Source: Anaerolineae bacterium
Lineage (GTDB): Bacteria > Chloroflexota > Anaerolineae > S140-20
DNA: 19,206 nt
Reading direction: 5' to 3'
Assembly (NCBI GenBank): GCA_027021705.1
Contig: JALUTT010000009.1
Coordinates: 1 to 19,206 of the forward strand
Of the stretch, positions 11,039 through 18,858 are shown in pieces (position 1 is the stretch's first letter; each line of letters begins with the position of its first letter). The notes under the pieces were generated by a model, which ran no database searches, had not been told where the DNA came from, and worked only from the letters and a program-made list of their open reading frames with translations. A program made the translations under genes and the position numbers.

Positions 11039-11316
11039 ATGCGAATCGAGGATCTGCTCTGGGATGCGGCGAACATCGCCCACATCGCCCGCCACCAGGT
11101 TGAGGCTTACGAGGTGGAAGAGGCGATCTGGGGTGACCCTCATGTCCGACGAGGCAGGGGGAAAGGCGTTACCGTGTATACGGTCAGACAGAGGCCGGGC
11201 GCTATCTTTTCATCGTGATCGAACGGATCCAGGGCGCACTCTACTACGTTGTCACAGCGCGGGATATGACGGATAGGGAGCGACGGCTGTACCTGCAAGT
11301 GAAGAGGAAACGATGA
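11039..11316 (+). pseudogene. BrnT-family ribonuclease toxin, split by a 1-nt frameshift at ~11157-11164
   Basis: Frame from ATG 11039: MRIEDLLWDAANIAHIARHQVEAYEVEEAIWGDPHVRRGRG. In the -1 frame after GGGGGAAA: RRYRVYGQTEAGRYLFIVIERIQGALYYVVTARDMTDRERRLYLQVKRKR-stop (11316). WD..N..H, GQT..GRYLF and VTARDM..ER are BrnT-like motifs. Confidence 0.8.
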
Positions 11317-11663
11317 TGGTCAAGCGGGCAGACATGACCCGGGAAGAAGAAGCGGCCTTTTGGGCGACCCATGATTCGGCCGACTACTGGGATGACAGCG
11401 AGCCCGTGGAGATCGAGCTCGGGCCACGTCCTGACAACCGCTGTCCGGTCTGCGGGGGGGTCTTGCTCTCCCGATACAGGGATGTGGAAATAGCGGGGGG
11501 ACAAGTGGTGCTGCGAGAGGTACGGGAGCTCTACTGCCGTGAGGGCCATATCGTGCGGCTGGCTCCTGAGGCTCAGCGCCTTGTAAAGGCCCTGGAGGCG
11601 GTGCTTCAACTGGCTTCCCCTGGCAGGTCTCCTGCCTTCAGGCGGGTCGAAGAGACGGCCTGA
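11313..11663 (+). CDS. Putative antitoxin: CopG/BrnA-like N-terminus fused to a YgiT/MqsA-type zinc ribbon
   Basis: ATGA overlap with the toxin stop. EEEAAFWATHDSADYWD resembles the CopG-antitoxin N-terminal motif, followed by CPVCGG...LYCREGH. Confidence 0.7.
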   Translation: MMVKRADMTREEEAAFWATHDSADYWDDSEPVEIELGPRPDNRCPVCGGVLLSRYRDVEIAGGQVVLREVRELYCREGHIVRLAPEAQRLVKALEAVLQLASPGRSPAFRRVEETA

Positions 11664-11700
11664 GCGAGGGGGGCTGAGTATATGCGTAAGGAGTGATGCA

Positions 11701-12147
11701 ATGGCAACATTGCGCCTGGAGATCATCACCGTCGAACGGCAGGTCTTTGCCGGCGACGTGGAGATGGTCATCGCGCCGGGGATCGAGGGGGAGCTGGGCA
11801 TCCTGCCCAAGCACGCTCCCCTCATCACCGCGCTGACCGCCGGGGAGCTTCGGGTGAAGATGAACGGGCAGGAAGAGTCCTTCGCCATCGGCGGCGGGTT
11901 CATGGAAGTCCTGCCCGACCAGGTGATCGTGCTGGCGGACTCGGCGGAGCGAGCCGATGAGATAGACATCGCCCGGGCTGAGGCTGCCCGTGCCCGGGCC
12001 GAGCGGCTACTGCGGGAAGGCCCCCCCGAAGGGGTGCAGCGGGCTGCCATCGAGGGTGCCTTGCGCCGCTCCCTGGTGCGGCTCAAGGTAGCCCGCCGCC
12101 GACGACGACGGCGGCCCTACAGCGAAGAGGGCTCTAGGGAGGGATAG
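11701..12147 (+). CDS. atpC: F1 ATP synthase subunit epsilon
   Basis: LEIITVER, GELGILPKHAPLIT, GGFMEV, LADSAERADEID and C-terminal helices with an Arg run. AAGGAG RBS. Confidence 0.95.
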   Translation: MATLRLEIITVERQVFAGDVEMVIAPGIEGELGILPKHAPLITALTAGELRVKMNGQEESFAIGGGFMEVLPDQVIVLADSAERADEIDIARAEAARARAERLLREGPPEGVQRAAIEGALRRSLVRLKVARRRRRRRPYSEEGSREG

Positions 12148-12175
12148 CCCACCAGCCGCCGTAGCAGGAGGGTGA

Positions 12176-13180
12176 ATGTTCAACAAGCAACTGGGCATTG
12201 ACTTGGGCACGGTCAATGTGCTCGTCTACGTCGTCGGAAGGGGGATCGCGCTCCAGGAGCCCTCGGTCGTTGCCATCTCCAACGAGGAGAACCGGATCGT
12301 CGCAGTTGGCGAAGAGGCCCGCGCCATGTTTGGCCGTACTCCCGAGGCGATCGAGGTGATGCGCCCGCTCCGGGATGGCGTCATCGCCGACTACCAGGTC
12401 ACCTACCGTATGCTCGAATACTTCATCCGCAAGACGGTGGGGTCTCCTCGCATCTTCCGTCCCCGGGTGATGATCAGCGTGCCCTACGGGGTGACCAGCG
12501 TAGAGCGGCGCGCCGTCCACGAGGCCGCCATCCAGGCGGGAGCCAGCAAGGCCCACCTGATCCCAGAACCGCTGGCAGCCGCCATCGGGGCGGGACTTCC
12601 CGTGGGGACCCCCACAGGCAACATGATCGTGAACATGGGAGGTGGGACCACCGAGGCGGCCGTCATCTCGGTCAACGGCATCGTCTGCGCCAGTTCTGTG
12701 CGCATCGGCGGGGTGCGGCTGGATGAGGCCATCATCGCCTACATCCGGCGCAAGTACAACCTGATGATCGGCGAGCCGACAGCCGAGGAGATCAAGGTCC
12801 ACCTCGGCAGCGCCCTCCCGCTGGAGGAGACCCTGACGATGGAGATCCAAGGGCGGGATCAGGTGACCGGCCTTCCCCGGACCATCCAGATCACCTCCGA
12901 CGAGGTCACCGAAGCTATCGCCGAGCCGCTAGCCGCCATCGTCAGCGTCGTCCGCGCGGTCCTGGAACGGACCCCACCGGAACTGGCCTCCGACATCATT
13001 GACCGGGGGATGGTGCTGGCGGGGGGAGGAGCCCTGCTGCGGAAGATAGACGAGCTCCTGACGCGGGAGACGGGGGTGCCGGCCTACGTGGCCGAGGCTC
13101 CGATGGCCTGTGTGGCTCTGGGAGCGGGGAAAGCGATGGAGAACTATCACCTGCTGCGCCGGAGCATACCGGGCCTCTGA
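12176..13180 (+). CDS. mreB: Rod shape-determining protein MreB/Mbl
   Basis: [55 protein letters not shown] and GGGALL. No mreCD adjacent. Confidence 0.93.
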   Translation: MFNKQLGIDLGTVNVLVYVVGRGIALQEPSVVAISNEENRIVAVGEEARAMFGRTPEAIEVMRPLRDGVIADYQVTYRMLEYFIRKTVGSPRIFRPRVMISVPYGVTSVERRAVHEAAIQAGASKAHLIPEPLAAAIGAGLPVGTPTGNMIVNMGGGTTEAAVISVNGIVCASSVRIGGVRLDEAIIAYIRRKYNLMIGEPTAEEIKVHLGSALPLEETLTMEIQGRDQVTGLPRTIQITSDEVTEAIAEPLAAIVSVVRAVLERTPPELASDIIDRGMVLAGGGALLRKIDELLTRETGVPAYVAEAPMACVALGAGKAMENYHLLRRSIPGL

Positions 13181-13227
13181 GGCCGCTACTGCCCGGAGAG
13201 ATCGCTTTTCCACGGGAAAGGCACAAC

Positions 13228-13258
13228 AAAGCGCGGGAGAGAGAGGATCCCGCGCTTT
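13228..13258. terminator. Intrinsic terminator between convergent mreB and rex, probably bidirectional
   Basis: AAAGCGCGGGA (13228-13238) / TCCCGCGCTTT (13248-13258) perfect 11-bp IR with T-containing tails on both strands. Confidence 0.7.
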
Positions 13259-13277
13259 GGGTTTGAAACCGGGCCCT

Positions 13278-13898
13278 TCAGTCCAGGTAGTAGGTCATAT
13301 GCTGGAGGTGGATGACCGGGTCAATGTACTCCACCCGCACGCCCTCCGGCACGGCGATGTTGATGGGAGCGTAGTTGAGGATGGCCTGCACGCCGGCCCT
13401 CACGCAGCGGTCGGCCACCTCCTGAGCCGCCTCGGCAGGCACGGCGATCATCGCGATCCGAACCCTCCGGCGTCGAATCACTTCTTCCATCTTCGCCGCA
13501 TCCAGCACTTCGATCCCCCCCAGTACCTGGCCCACTTTGGCGGGATCGCTATCGAAGATCAGCGAGATGTGAAAGCCACGGTTACGGAATCCCCCGTAGT
13601 GGGCGAGGGCGTGACCCAGAGCACCGGCTCCGATCAGGGCCACCTCCCACTCCCGGTCCACCTTCAGGATACGCCGGAGCTGCTCGCGCAGGTAGGCCAC
13701 GTTGTAGCCGGTGCCCTGCTTTCCGAATTCGCCGAAATGGGAGAGGTCCTTGCGGATCTGGGCAGAACTGATCCCCAGCCTCTCGCCCAACTCCTGCGAC
13801 GAGGTAATCTCCCGACCTTCGGCGGCCATCAACGAGAGGGCCCGCAGGTAAATGGGCAGGCGACCCACCACGATGTCAGGAACAGTTGCTGAGGGCAT
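13278..13898 (-). CDS. rex: Redox-sensing transcriptional repressor Rex
   Basis: [41 protein letters not shown] and AILNYAP. Start at ATG 13898 after GGAGTAAGGAG; the ORF-track start at 13967 is too long. Confidence 0.96.
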   Translation of the reverse strand: MPSATVPDIVVGRLPIYLRALSLMAAEGREITSSQELGERLGISSAQIRKDLSHFGEFGKQGTGYNVAYLREQLRRILKVDREWEVALIGAGALGHALAHYGGFRNRGFHISLIFDSDPAKVGQVLGGIEVLDAAKMEEVIRRRRVRIAMIAVPAEAAQEVADRCVRAGVQAILNYAPINIAVPEGVRVEYIDPVIHLQHMTYYLD

Positions 13899-13978
13899 CG
13901 TTCGTCTCCTTACTCCGTATTCTTTCCCTGGCTGGATACGCCGATTGTGAAGGTTACAACACAACACCGGCGCGCAAA

Positions 13979-14007
13979 ATCATACCACGAAACGGCGATT
14001 TGGGCAA
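13979..14007 (-). promoter_or_regulatory. sigma70-type promoter of rex
   Basis: Minus strand TTGCCC (14007-14002), 17-bp spacer ending TGG, TATGAT (13984-13979). Confidence 0.65.
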
Positions 14008-14054
14008 CACGGCGCACAGCGTCAGGCCCCCGGGGACGGCATTGACCGGGCTTC

Positions 14055-14093
14055 TTAACGATTCTTTAGCGGATGATTAACATTTTCTTAACA
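14055..14093 (+). promoter_or_regulatory. Four TTAACA-like direct repeats at 11-bp period (OmpR/PhoB-family-like operator)
   Basis: TTAACG 14055, TTAGCG 14066, TTAACA 14077, TTAACA 14088. Confidence 0.55.
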
Positions 14094-14429
14094 AAACAGT
14101 AATGTTCGGCCGGAGAGCGTGCAGTATACTTGGGATAAGGAAGCAACCAGGCTTTCAGGGGTCTCGGACAAGCCTGGCTGGGTAGCGCTCTCTCGGGTCT
14201 TGAGTGGAACCCCACACCGGCAAATCAAGGGAACGAAGCCTTCCTTGTCCACTGGCGGCCATCGAACCTGAGGAAAGTCCCGGGAATCTTCTCGGGAGCT
14301 CCGTGAGGCGATCTCCACCTTGGGACGCCCTCGAAAAGGTGAGCAGGTTGCCTCTCAGGGCCGTTCTCTAGACCTCGGGAATCTCCAGGGTTGAAGCGCC
14401 GAAAAGCCCTGGGAAGGAAGTCCCTCTTG

Positions 14430-14458
14430 TTGCAGAAACCTATGGATTGTAGTACAAT
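14430..14458 (+). promoter_or_regulatory. sigma70-type promoter for the secreted repeat protein
   Basis: TTGCAG (14430-14435), 17-bp spacer, TACAAT (14453-14458). Confidence 0.6.
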
Positions 14459-14518
14459 AGACGCGGAGCACTTCCCGGTTTGCCGGCAATGGAGGGCCTA
14501 CAAGGACAGGCGGATGCG

Positions 14519-15493
14519 ATGGCTGTGAAGCAAACCAGAACCTACCTCGCCCTGGCTCTCGCGATCATCCTCGGCTTTATCCTCACCACGGTGGGAAAGG
14601 CGCAAACGACCCAGGTCCGCTATTTTCCCGAAACCGGGCACACCGTTCAAGAGCCCTTCCTGACCTTCTTTGAAACCCGAGGCGGGTTAGAGATCTTCGG
14701 TTACCCGCTGACGGAGCAGTTCAACGAAGGCGGGCTGGTCGTCCAGTACTTCCAGCGGGTGCGGATGGAGTGGCATCCCGAGAATCCGGATCCCTACAAG
14801 GTCCAGTTGGGCCTGCTGGGTGACTGGCTAGGGCATCGAGAGCCGCCCCTTCCTCCCTCCCAGATCCCCCGCAACAACCCCCGCTGTCGCTATTTCCCGG
14901 AGACCGGCCACGCCGTCTGCTACGCCTTCCTGAGCTACTACGACCGCAAGGGAGGACTGGACATCTTCGGCTACCCCATCTCCCCCCTGAAGATCGAGAA
15001 TGGGCGCATCGTCCAGTACTTCCAGCGGGCCAGGATGGAGTGGCACCCGGAGCTCCCCCGTGACCAGAAGGTCCAGTTGGGCAACCTGGGCGAGATATGG
15101 GTTGAGCGCCCCGACTTTGTCTACAAAGACCAACTGCGCCCGGTGCCCCCGCCCAAGCCTACCACCGCCCAGCTCCTGCCCGAGGTCACCGAGATTCGGG
15201 CAGCCGCTTCGGTCAAATACGCCATCACGGGCCGGGGAGGCTACCAGACGGTCTACGTCTACGTCACCGATCAGCGCGGGGAGCCCTTGCCGGGGGCCGA
15301 GGTCAGCTTCATCGCCCGCTACAGTTCCGGGCCCCGCGCCTTCGATATGCCAGCCACCAACCGGGACGGCTACACCGAGCTCACCTTCCCCCTGGGCAAC
15401 CCTCAGCCCGGCTACATCATCGTCATTGACGTCACCGTCCGCTACAGGGGGCAGGTGCGGCAAACCCAGACCTCCTTCCTGCCCTGGTGGTAA
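14519..15493 (+). CDS. Secreted protein with two Chloroflexota-type YFPETGH/FGYP/VQYFQR repeats and a C-terminal Ig-like domain
   Basis: Signal peptide MAVKQTRTYLALALAIILGFILTTVGKA. Two ~90-aa repeats (RYFPETGH..GGL.IFGYP..VQYFQR.RMEWHPE..VQLG.LG). VTDQRGEPLPGAEVSF..TNRDG beta-sandwich pattern. Start codon uncertain. Confidence 0.8.
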   Translation: MAVKQTRTYLALALAIILGFILTTVGKAQTTQVRYFPETGHTVQEPFLTFFETRGGLEIFGYPLTEQFNEGGLVVQYFQRVRMEWHPENPDPYKVQLGLLGDWLGHREPPLPPSQIPRNNPRCRYFPETGHAVCYAFLSYYDRKGGLDIFGYPISPLKIENGRIVQYFQRARMEWHPELPRDQKVQLGNLGEIWVERPDFVYKDQLRPVPPPKPTTAQLLPEVTEIRAAASVKYAITGRGGYQTVYVYVTDQRGEPLPGAEVSFIARYSSGPRAFDMPATNRDGYTELTFPLGNPQPGYIIVIDVTVRYRGQVRQTQTSFLPWW

Positions 15494-15763
15494 ATCCCTG
15501 ACCTCTCACCCCACCTGATCCACCCGGGCTTTTCCCCACGGGTCTGTCCGGCGGGGCGAAACCCCGCCCCCCCTTCCCGCATCTAAGAGATGCCTGATTC
15601 TCGTTCCGGTGGGCGCGTCTTCACGAAGACGGCCTTTTCTGAGCCCCCTCCCGCGGGCTCTCTGCACGGCCTGGAGTGTGCCGCCGGGAAGCCCCGGTGA
15701 TCTGCTCCTGCCGCCGGGCACCGCGCACCCGCCGGGAGGTCCACACACGCTGAGGGAGATGCA

Positions 15764-17107
15764 ATGGGGTCAAGAGAACGCCTTGTCGTCGTCGGCGGGG
15801 TGGCCGCCGGTATGAGCGCAGCCAGCAAGGCCCGCCGGGTCAACGGGGACCTGGAGATCATCGTCTACGAGAAGACGAGCTTCGTCTCCTACGGAGCCTG
15901 TGGATTGCCTTACTACATCCAGGGGCTGATCGCCCACCACCGCGAACTCCTGGCCCGCACGCCGGAGCAGTTCGCCAAGCGGGGAATCCAGGTCTTCACC
16001 CGGCACGAGGTGACCCGGATAGACCCGGAGAACCGCTCCGTGGAAGTCCGGAACCTGGAGGACGGGACGGTCTTCCACACGCCCTTCGACCGGCTGGTGC
16101 TGACGACGGGAGGCCACGCCGCCCGTCCCCCCATCCCCGGCATCGAACTGGAGCAGATCTACACCGTCCGCACGGTCGAGGATGGGATCGCCCTCCGCAC
16201 CTTCATCGAAGAGGCCCATCCCCGGCAGGCGGTGATCGTCGGCGGGGGGTACATCGGCCTGGAGATAGCCGAGGCGCTGACCGCCCGGGGGCTCCAGGTG
16301 ACCGTCCTGGAGATGCTCCCCCAGGTGCTCCCCAACCTGGATCGGGAGATGACCGAACCGGTGGTGGCGGAGCTGGAGCGGCAAGGGGTCGCGCTGCGGC
16401 TGGAGCACAGGGTGGAAGCCTTTGAGGGGACGGGGGGGAAGGTCCGGGCGGTGCGGGCAGGCGGCACCCTCTTCCCCGCCGACCTGGTGGTCCTGGCCGT
16501 TGGCGTCCGCCCCTCGGTGGCCCTGGCCCGGGAGGCGGGGATCGCCCTGGGGCCAACGGGGGCGGTGGCGGTGGACGACCATATGCGCACCAACGTGGAG
16601 GGGGTCTTCGCCGCCGGCGACGTGGCCGAGGCCTACCACCGGGTCACCGGACGGCCTGCTTACATCCCCCTGGGCACGACGGCCAACAAGCAGGGCCGGG
16701 TGGCCGGGGAGAACGCCGCCGGCGGAGATGCCACCTTCCACGGCATCGTGGGCACCGCCGTCGTCAAGGTCTTCGACCTGGAGGTGGCCCGCACCGGCCT
16801 GACGGAGCGGGAGGCTTCGGAGATGGGGCTGGAGGTCCGCTCCACCACCATCACCCACGGCTCCCAGGCCCACTACTTCCCCGGCGGAGGCCCGCTCCGC
16901 GTCAAGCTGGTCTACCAGCCCGACGGCCGGCTCCTGGGGGCGCAGATGGTGGGCCGGGGGGCGGCCAAGCGGATTGACGTGATCGCGGCCGCCCTCTACG
17001 GCGGATGGGCGGTGGAGGACCTGACCCGCCTGGACCTGAGCTATGCGCCCCCCTTCGCGCCGGTCTGGGACCCCATCCTGGTGGCGGCCAACGTGGCCAC
17101 CCGATGA
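15764..17107 (+). CDS. CoA-disulfide reductase / NADH oxidase family flavoprotein
   Basis: VVGGVAAGMSAA, SYGACGLPYY (redox Cys), GGGYIGLE, FAAGD, ANKQGR and DLSYAPPFAPVWDP. No rhodanese domain. Confidence 0.9.
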   Translation: MGSRERLVVVGGVAAGMSAASKARRVNGDLEIIVYEKTSFVSYGACGLPYYIQGLIAHHRELLARTPEQFAKRGIQVFTRHEVTRIDPENRSVEVRNLEDGTVFHTPFDRLVLTTGGHAARPPIPGIELEQIYTVRTVEDGIALRTFIEEAHPRQAVIVGGGYIGLEIAEALTARGLQVTVLEMLPQVLPNLDREMTEPVVAELERQGVALRLEHRVEAFEGTGGKVRAVRAGGTLFPADLVVLAVGVRPSVALAREAGIALGPTGAVAVDDHMRTNVEGVFAAGDVAEAYHRVTGRPAYIPLGTTANKQGRVAGENAAGGDATFHGIVGTAVVKVFDLEVARTGLTEREASEMGLEVRSTTITHGSQAHYFPGGGPLRVKLVYQPDGRLLGAQMVGRGAAKRIDVIAAALYGGWAVEDLTRLDLSYAPPFAPVWDPILVAANVATR

Positions 17108-17122
17108 CGGACCTGTCGGGGT

Positions 17123-17926
17123 CTACAGGGGGACCTCCCATCCCAGGAAGTGGTTGAGCGGCCCGTGGCCGTGGCCGATCCGCAGGCCCACGGCAGCCCG
17201 CAGGGCGGCGGTCAGGTAGGCTTTGGCGATGCGCACCGCCTCCGGCACCGGATGCCCCTTGGCCAGCTCCGCCGCGATGGCCGAGGCGAAGGTGCAGCCG
17301 GTGCCGTGGGTATTGGGCGTCTCCAGGCGCGGCGCGTCGAGCTCGGTGAAGGTCTGGCCGTCGTAGAGCACATCCACCGCGTTGGACGCCTCCGGCAGGT
17401 GCCCCCCCTTCACCACCACGTGGCGCGCGCCCATCTCGTGGATGGCGACGGCGGCCCGGCGCATATCCTCCACCGTGCGGATCTCCAGGCCGGTCAGCAC
17501 CTGGGCCTCGTGGTGGTTGGGGGTGATGACGTAGGCCAGGGGGAGCAGCGCTTCGATGAGCGCCTCCCGGGCCTCGGGCCGCAGGAGGGGGTCGCCGCTC
17601 TTGGCGACCATCACCGGGTCCACGACCAGCCGTTCCACCTGGTAGTGGCGCGCCCGATCGGCCACCACCTGGATGATCTCGGCGTTGGAGAGCATGCCGG
17701 TCTTCCAGGCGTCGGCCCCGATGTCCTCCATCACAGAGTCAATTTGCTGGGCTACGAAGTTGGCCGGCAGCTCGAAGACGCCCTGCACGCCCACCGTGTT
17801 CTGGGCGGTGATGGCGGTCAGGGCGCTCATCCCATAGACGCCTCGGGCGGCGAAGGCTTTGAGATCGGCCTGGATGCCGGCTCCGCCGCCCGAGTCGGAG
17901 CCGGCGATGGTGAGCACCTTTTTCAT
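17123..17926 (-). CDS. thiD: Hydroxymethylpyrimidine/phosphomethylpyrimidine kinase
   Basis: IAGSDSGGGAGIQADLK, TAQNTVGV, KTGML, DPVMVAKSG, TPN, VKGGH, THGTGCT and GHGHGPLNH. Confidence 0.93.
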   Translation of the reverse strand: MKKVLTIAGSDSGGGAGIQADLKAFAARGVYGMSALTAITAQNTVGVQGVFELPANFVAQQIDSVMEDIGADAWKTGMLSNAEIIQVVADRARHYQVERLVVDPVMVAKSGDPLLRPEAREALIEALLPLAYVITPNHHEAQVLTGLEIRTVEDMRRAAVAIHEMGARHVVVKGGHLPEASNAVDVLYDGQTFTELDAPRLETPNTHGTGCTFASAIAAELAKGHPVPEAVRIAKAYLTAALRAAVGLRIGHGHGPLNHFLGWEVPL

Positions 17927-17988
17927 CGCGCCTTTTCCTCCTCCTCTTCTCAGACCTCGGAGGTATCTCCTCTTCGTCAGCGGACGCC

Positions 17989-18017
17989 AGTATACAACAG
18001 CCTCTTCCCTCCGTCAA
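17989..18017 (-). promoter_or_regulatory. sigma70-type promoter of thiD
   Basis: Minus strand TTGACG (18017-18012), 17-bp spacer, TATACT (17994-17989). Confidence 0.75.
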
Positions 18018-18101
18018 CCGGCGTCTCTGCTGGTGATTACCCATATCTTTGGAGATAGAGAGACTAGCCGGCCACGAATGGGGCACGAATACACGAATTA
18101 A

Positions 18102-18465
18102 GGACCGGCGCACGCAGAGCACGAAGGACACCAAGGCCACCAAGGACACAAAGCGCTACCGGAGGAAAGCACAGGGCAATTTGTCAAATCGCCTCCCCTT
18201 TTGCCCGCTCAACGCGGGAGTTCAGCCCCGCGCACCGGACCGGCGCACGCAGAGCACGAAGGACACCAAGGCCACCAAGGACACAAAGCGCTACCGGAGG
18301 AAAGCACAGGGCAATTTGTCAAATCGCCTCCCCTTTTGCCCGCTCAACGCGGGAGTTCAGCCCCGCGCACCGGACCGGCGCGCGCAGAGCACGAAGGACA
18401 CCAAGACCACCAAGGACACGACGCACCACCAGAAGAAGGTGTAAGGCAATTTGTCAAATTGCCTT
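18102..18465. repeat. 135-bp tandem repeat, about 2.7 copies
   Basis: Units start at 18102, 18237 and 18372. The first two look identical; the third is diverged and ends in the perfect palindrome AAGGCAATTTG-T-CAAATTGCCTT (18443-18465). Confidence 0.92.
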
Positions 18466-18539
18466 TTGGTCACGCTCAAATTGTTAAGCTGCAAAATCAT
18501 CGGGCTGGAGAAGCAAAGGGCGCTGAAGTCGCCCTGGGG

Positions 18540-18590
18540 AAGCCCGCCTCGGCGGGCTTGGACTTTGTAGCCTGGTGATTCATCGCCAGG
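18540..18590. repeat. REP-like double palindrome
   Basis: AAGCCCGCC-TC-GGCGGGCTT (18540-18559), then GTAG followed by CCTGGTGAT-TC-ATCGCCAGG (18567-18590). Confidence 0.6.
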
Positions 18591-18698
18591 CACTGCCGCT
18601 CCAAGTCACAGTGACGGTTGGCGAGCCGGTGGCAGTGATAATATGTGGGATTATCGTGGCGGCGGCAGAAAAGCGCACGCACCTGACAAGTACGCAGC

Positions 18699-18858
18699 GT
18701 GACTGTTCCGAGTCCGGTGACACTCCCTAGATCGCCCCACTGGGGTAGCGAAAACGGGGTCGGAAGACGGTGCTCGCCCCACATACGGGCTGCGGAGGGG
18801 TAGAACATTGGGCCTGTGCCCCACCACTTGGGATTTTCACCAGTTGTGGAACAGTCAC
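18699..18858. mobile_element. 160-bp MITE / internally deleted IS with terminal IRs and 8-bp target-site duplication
   Basis: GTGACTGTTCC (18699-18709) / GGAACAGTCAC (18848-18858) perfect 11-bp TIR, extending to 24/32 identity. TACGCAGC sits immediately on both sides (18691-18698, 18859-18866). Confidence 0.8.

Noticed and set aside
11064..11276. 70-aa ORF in the atpD-atpC gap from the ORF track
   Set aside because: Wrong frame; the BrnT-like motifs lie in the other two plus-strand frames.
14270..14280. GAGGAAAGTCC, the RNase P RNA conserved region I
   Set aside because: The other rnpB motifs (AGTGCCACAGAAA-like, GGTAAAC, 3' ACAGAA.CCGGCTTA) are absent.
14268..14336. CTGAGGA...GAAA as a hammerhead ribozyme core; also glycine, cobalamin and lysine riboswitch-like words
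   Set aside because: Required stems do not abut the core and the riboswitch motifs are out of order.
15494..15763. 270-bp GC-rich spacer with hairpin CGGGG-CGAAA-CCCCG upstream of the flavoprotein gene
   Set aside because: No recognisable riboswitch, promoter or Rex box; at most a degenerate REP-like hairpin.
18102..18465. Tandem repeat as a CRISPR array
   Set aside because: Whole units repeat with no unique spacers, and there are no cas genes in the window.
18699..18858. IR-bounded segment as a retron msr/msd ncRNA
   Set aside because: No reverse transcriptase in the window, and the exact flanking 8-bp duplication is better explained by transposition.
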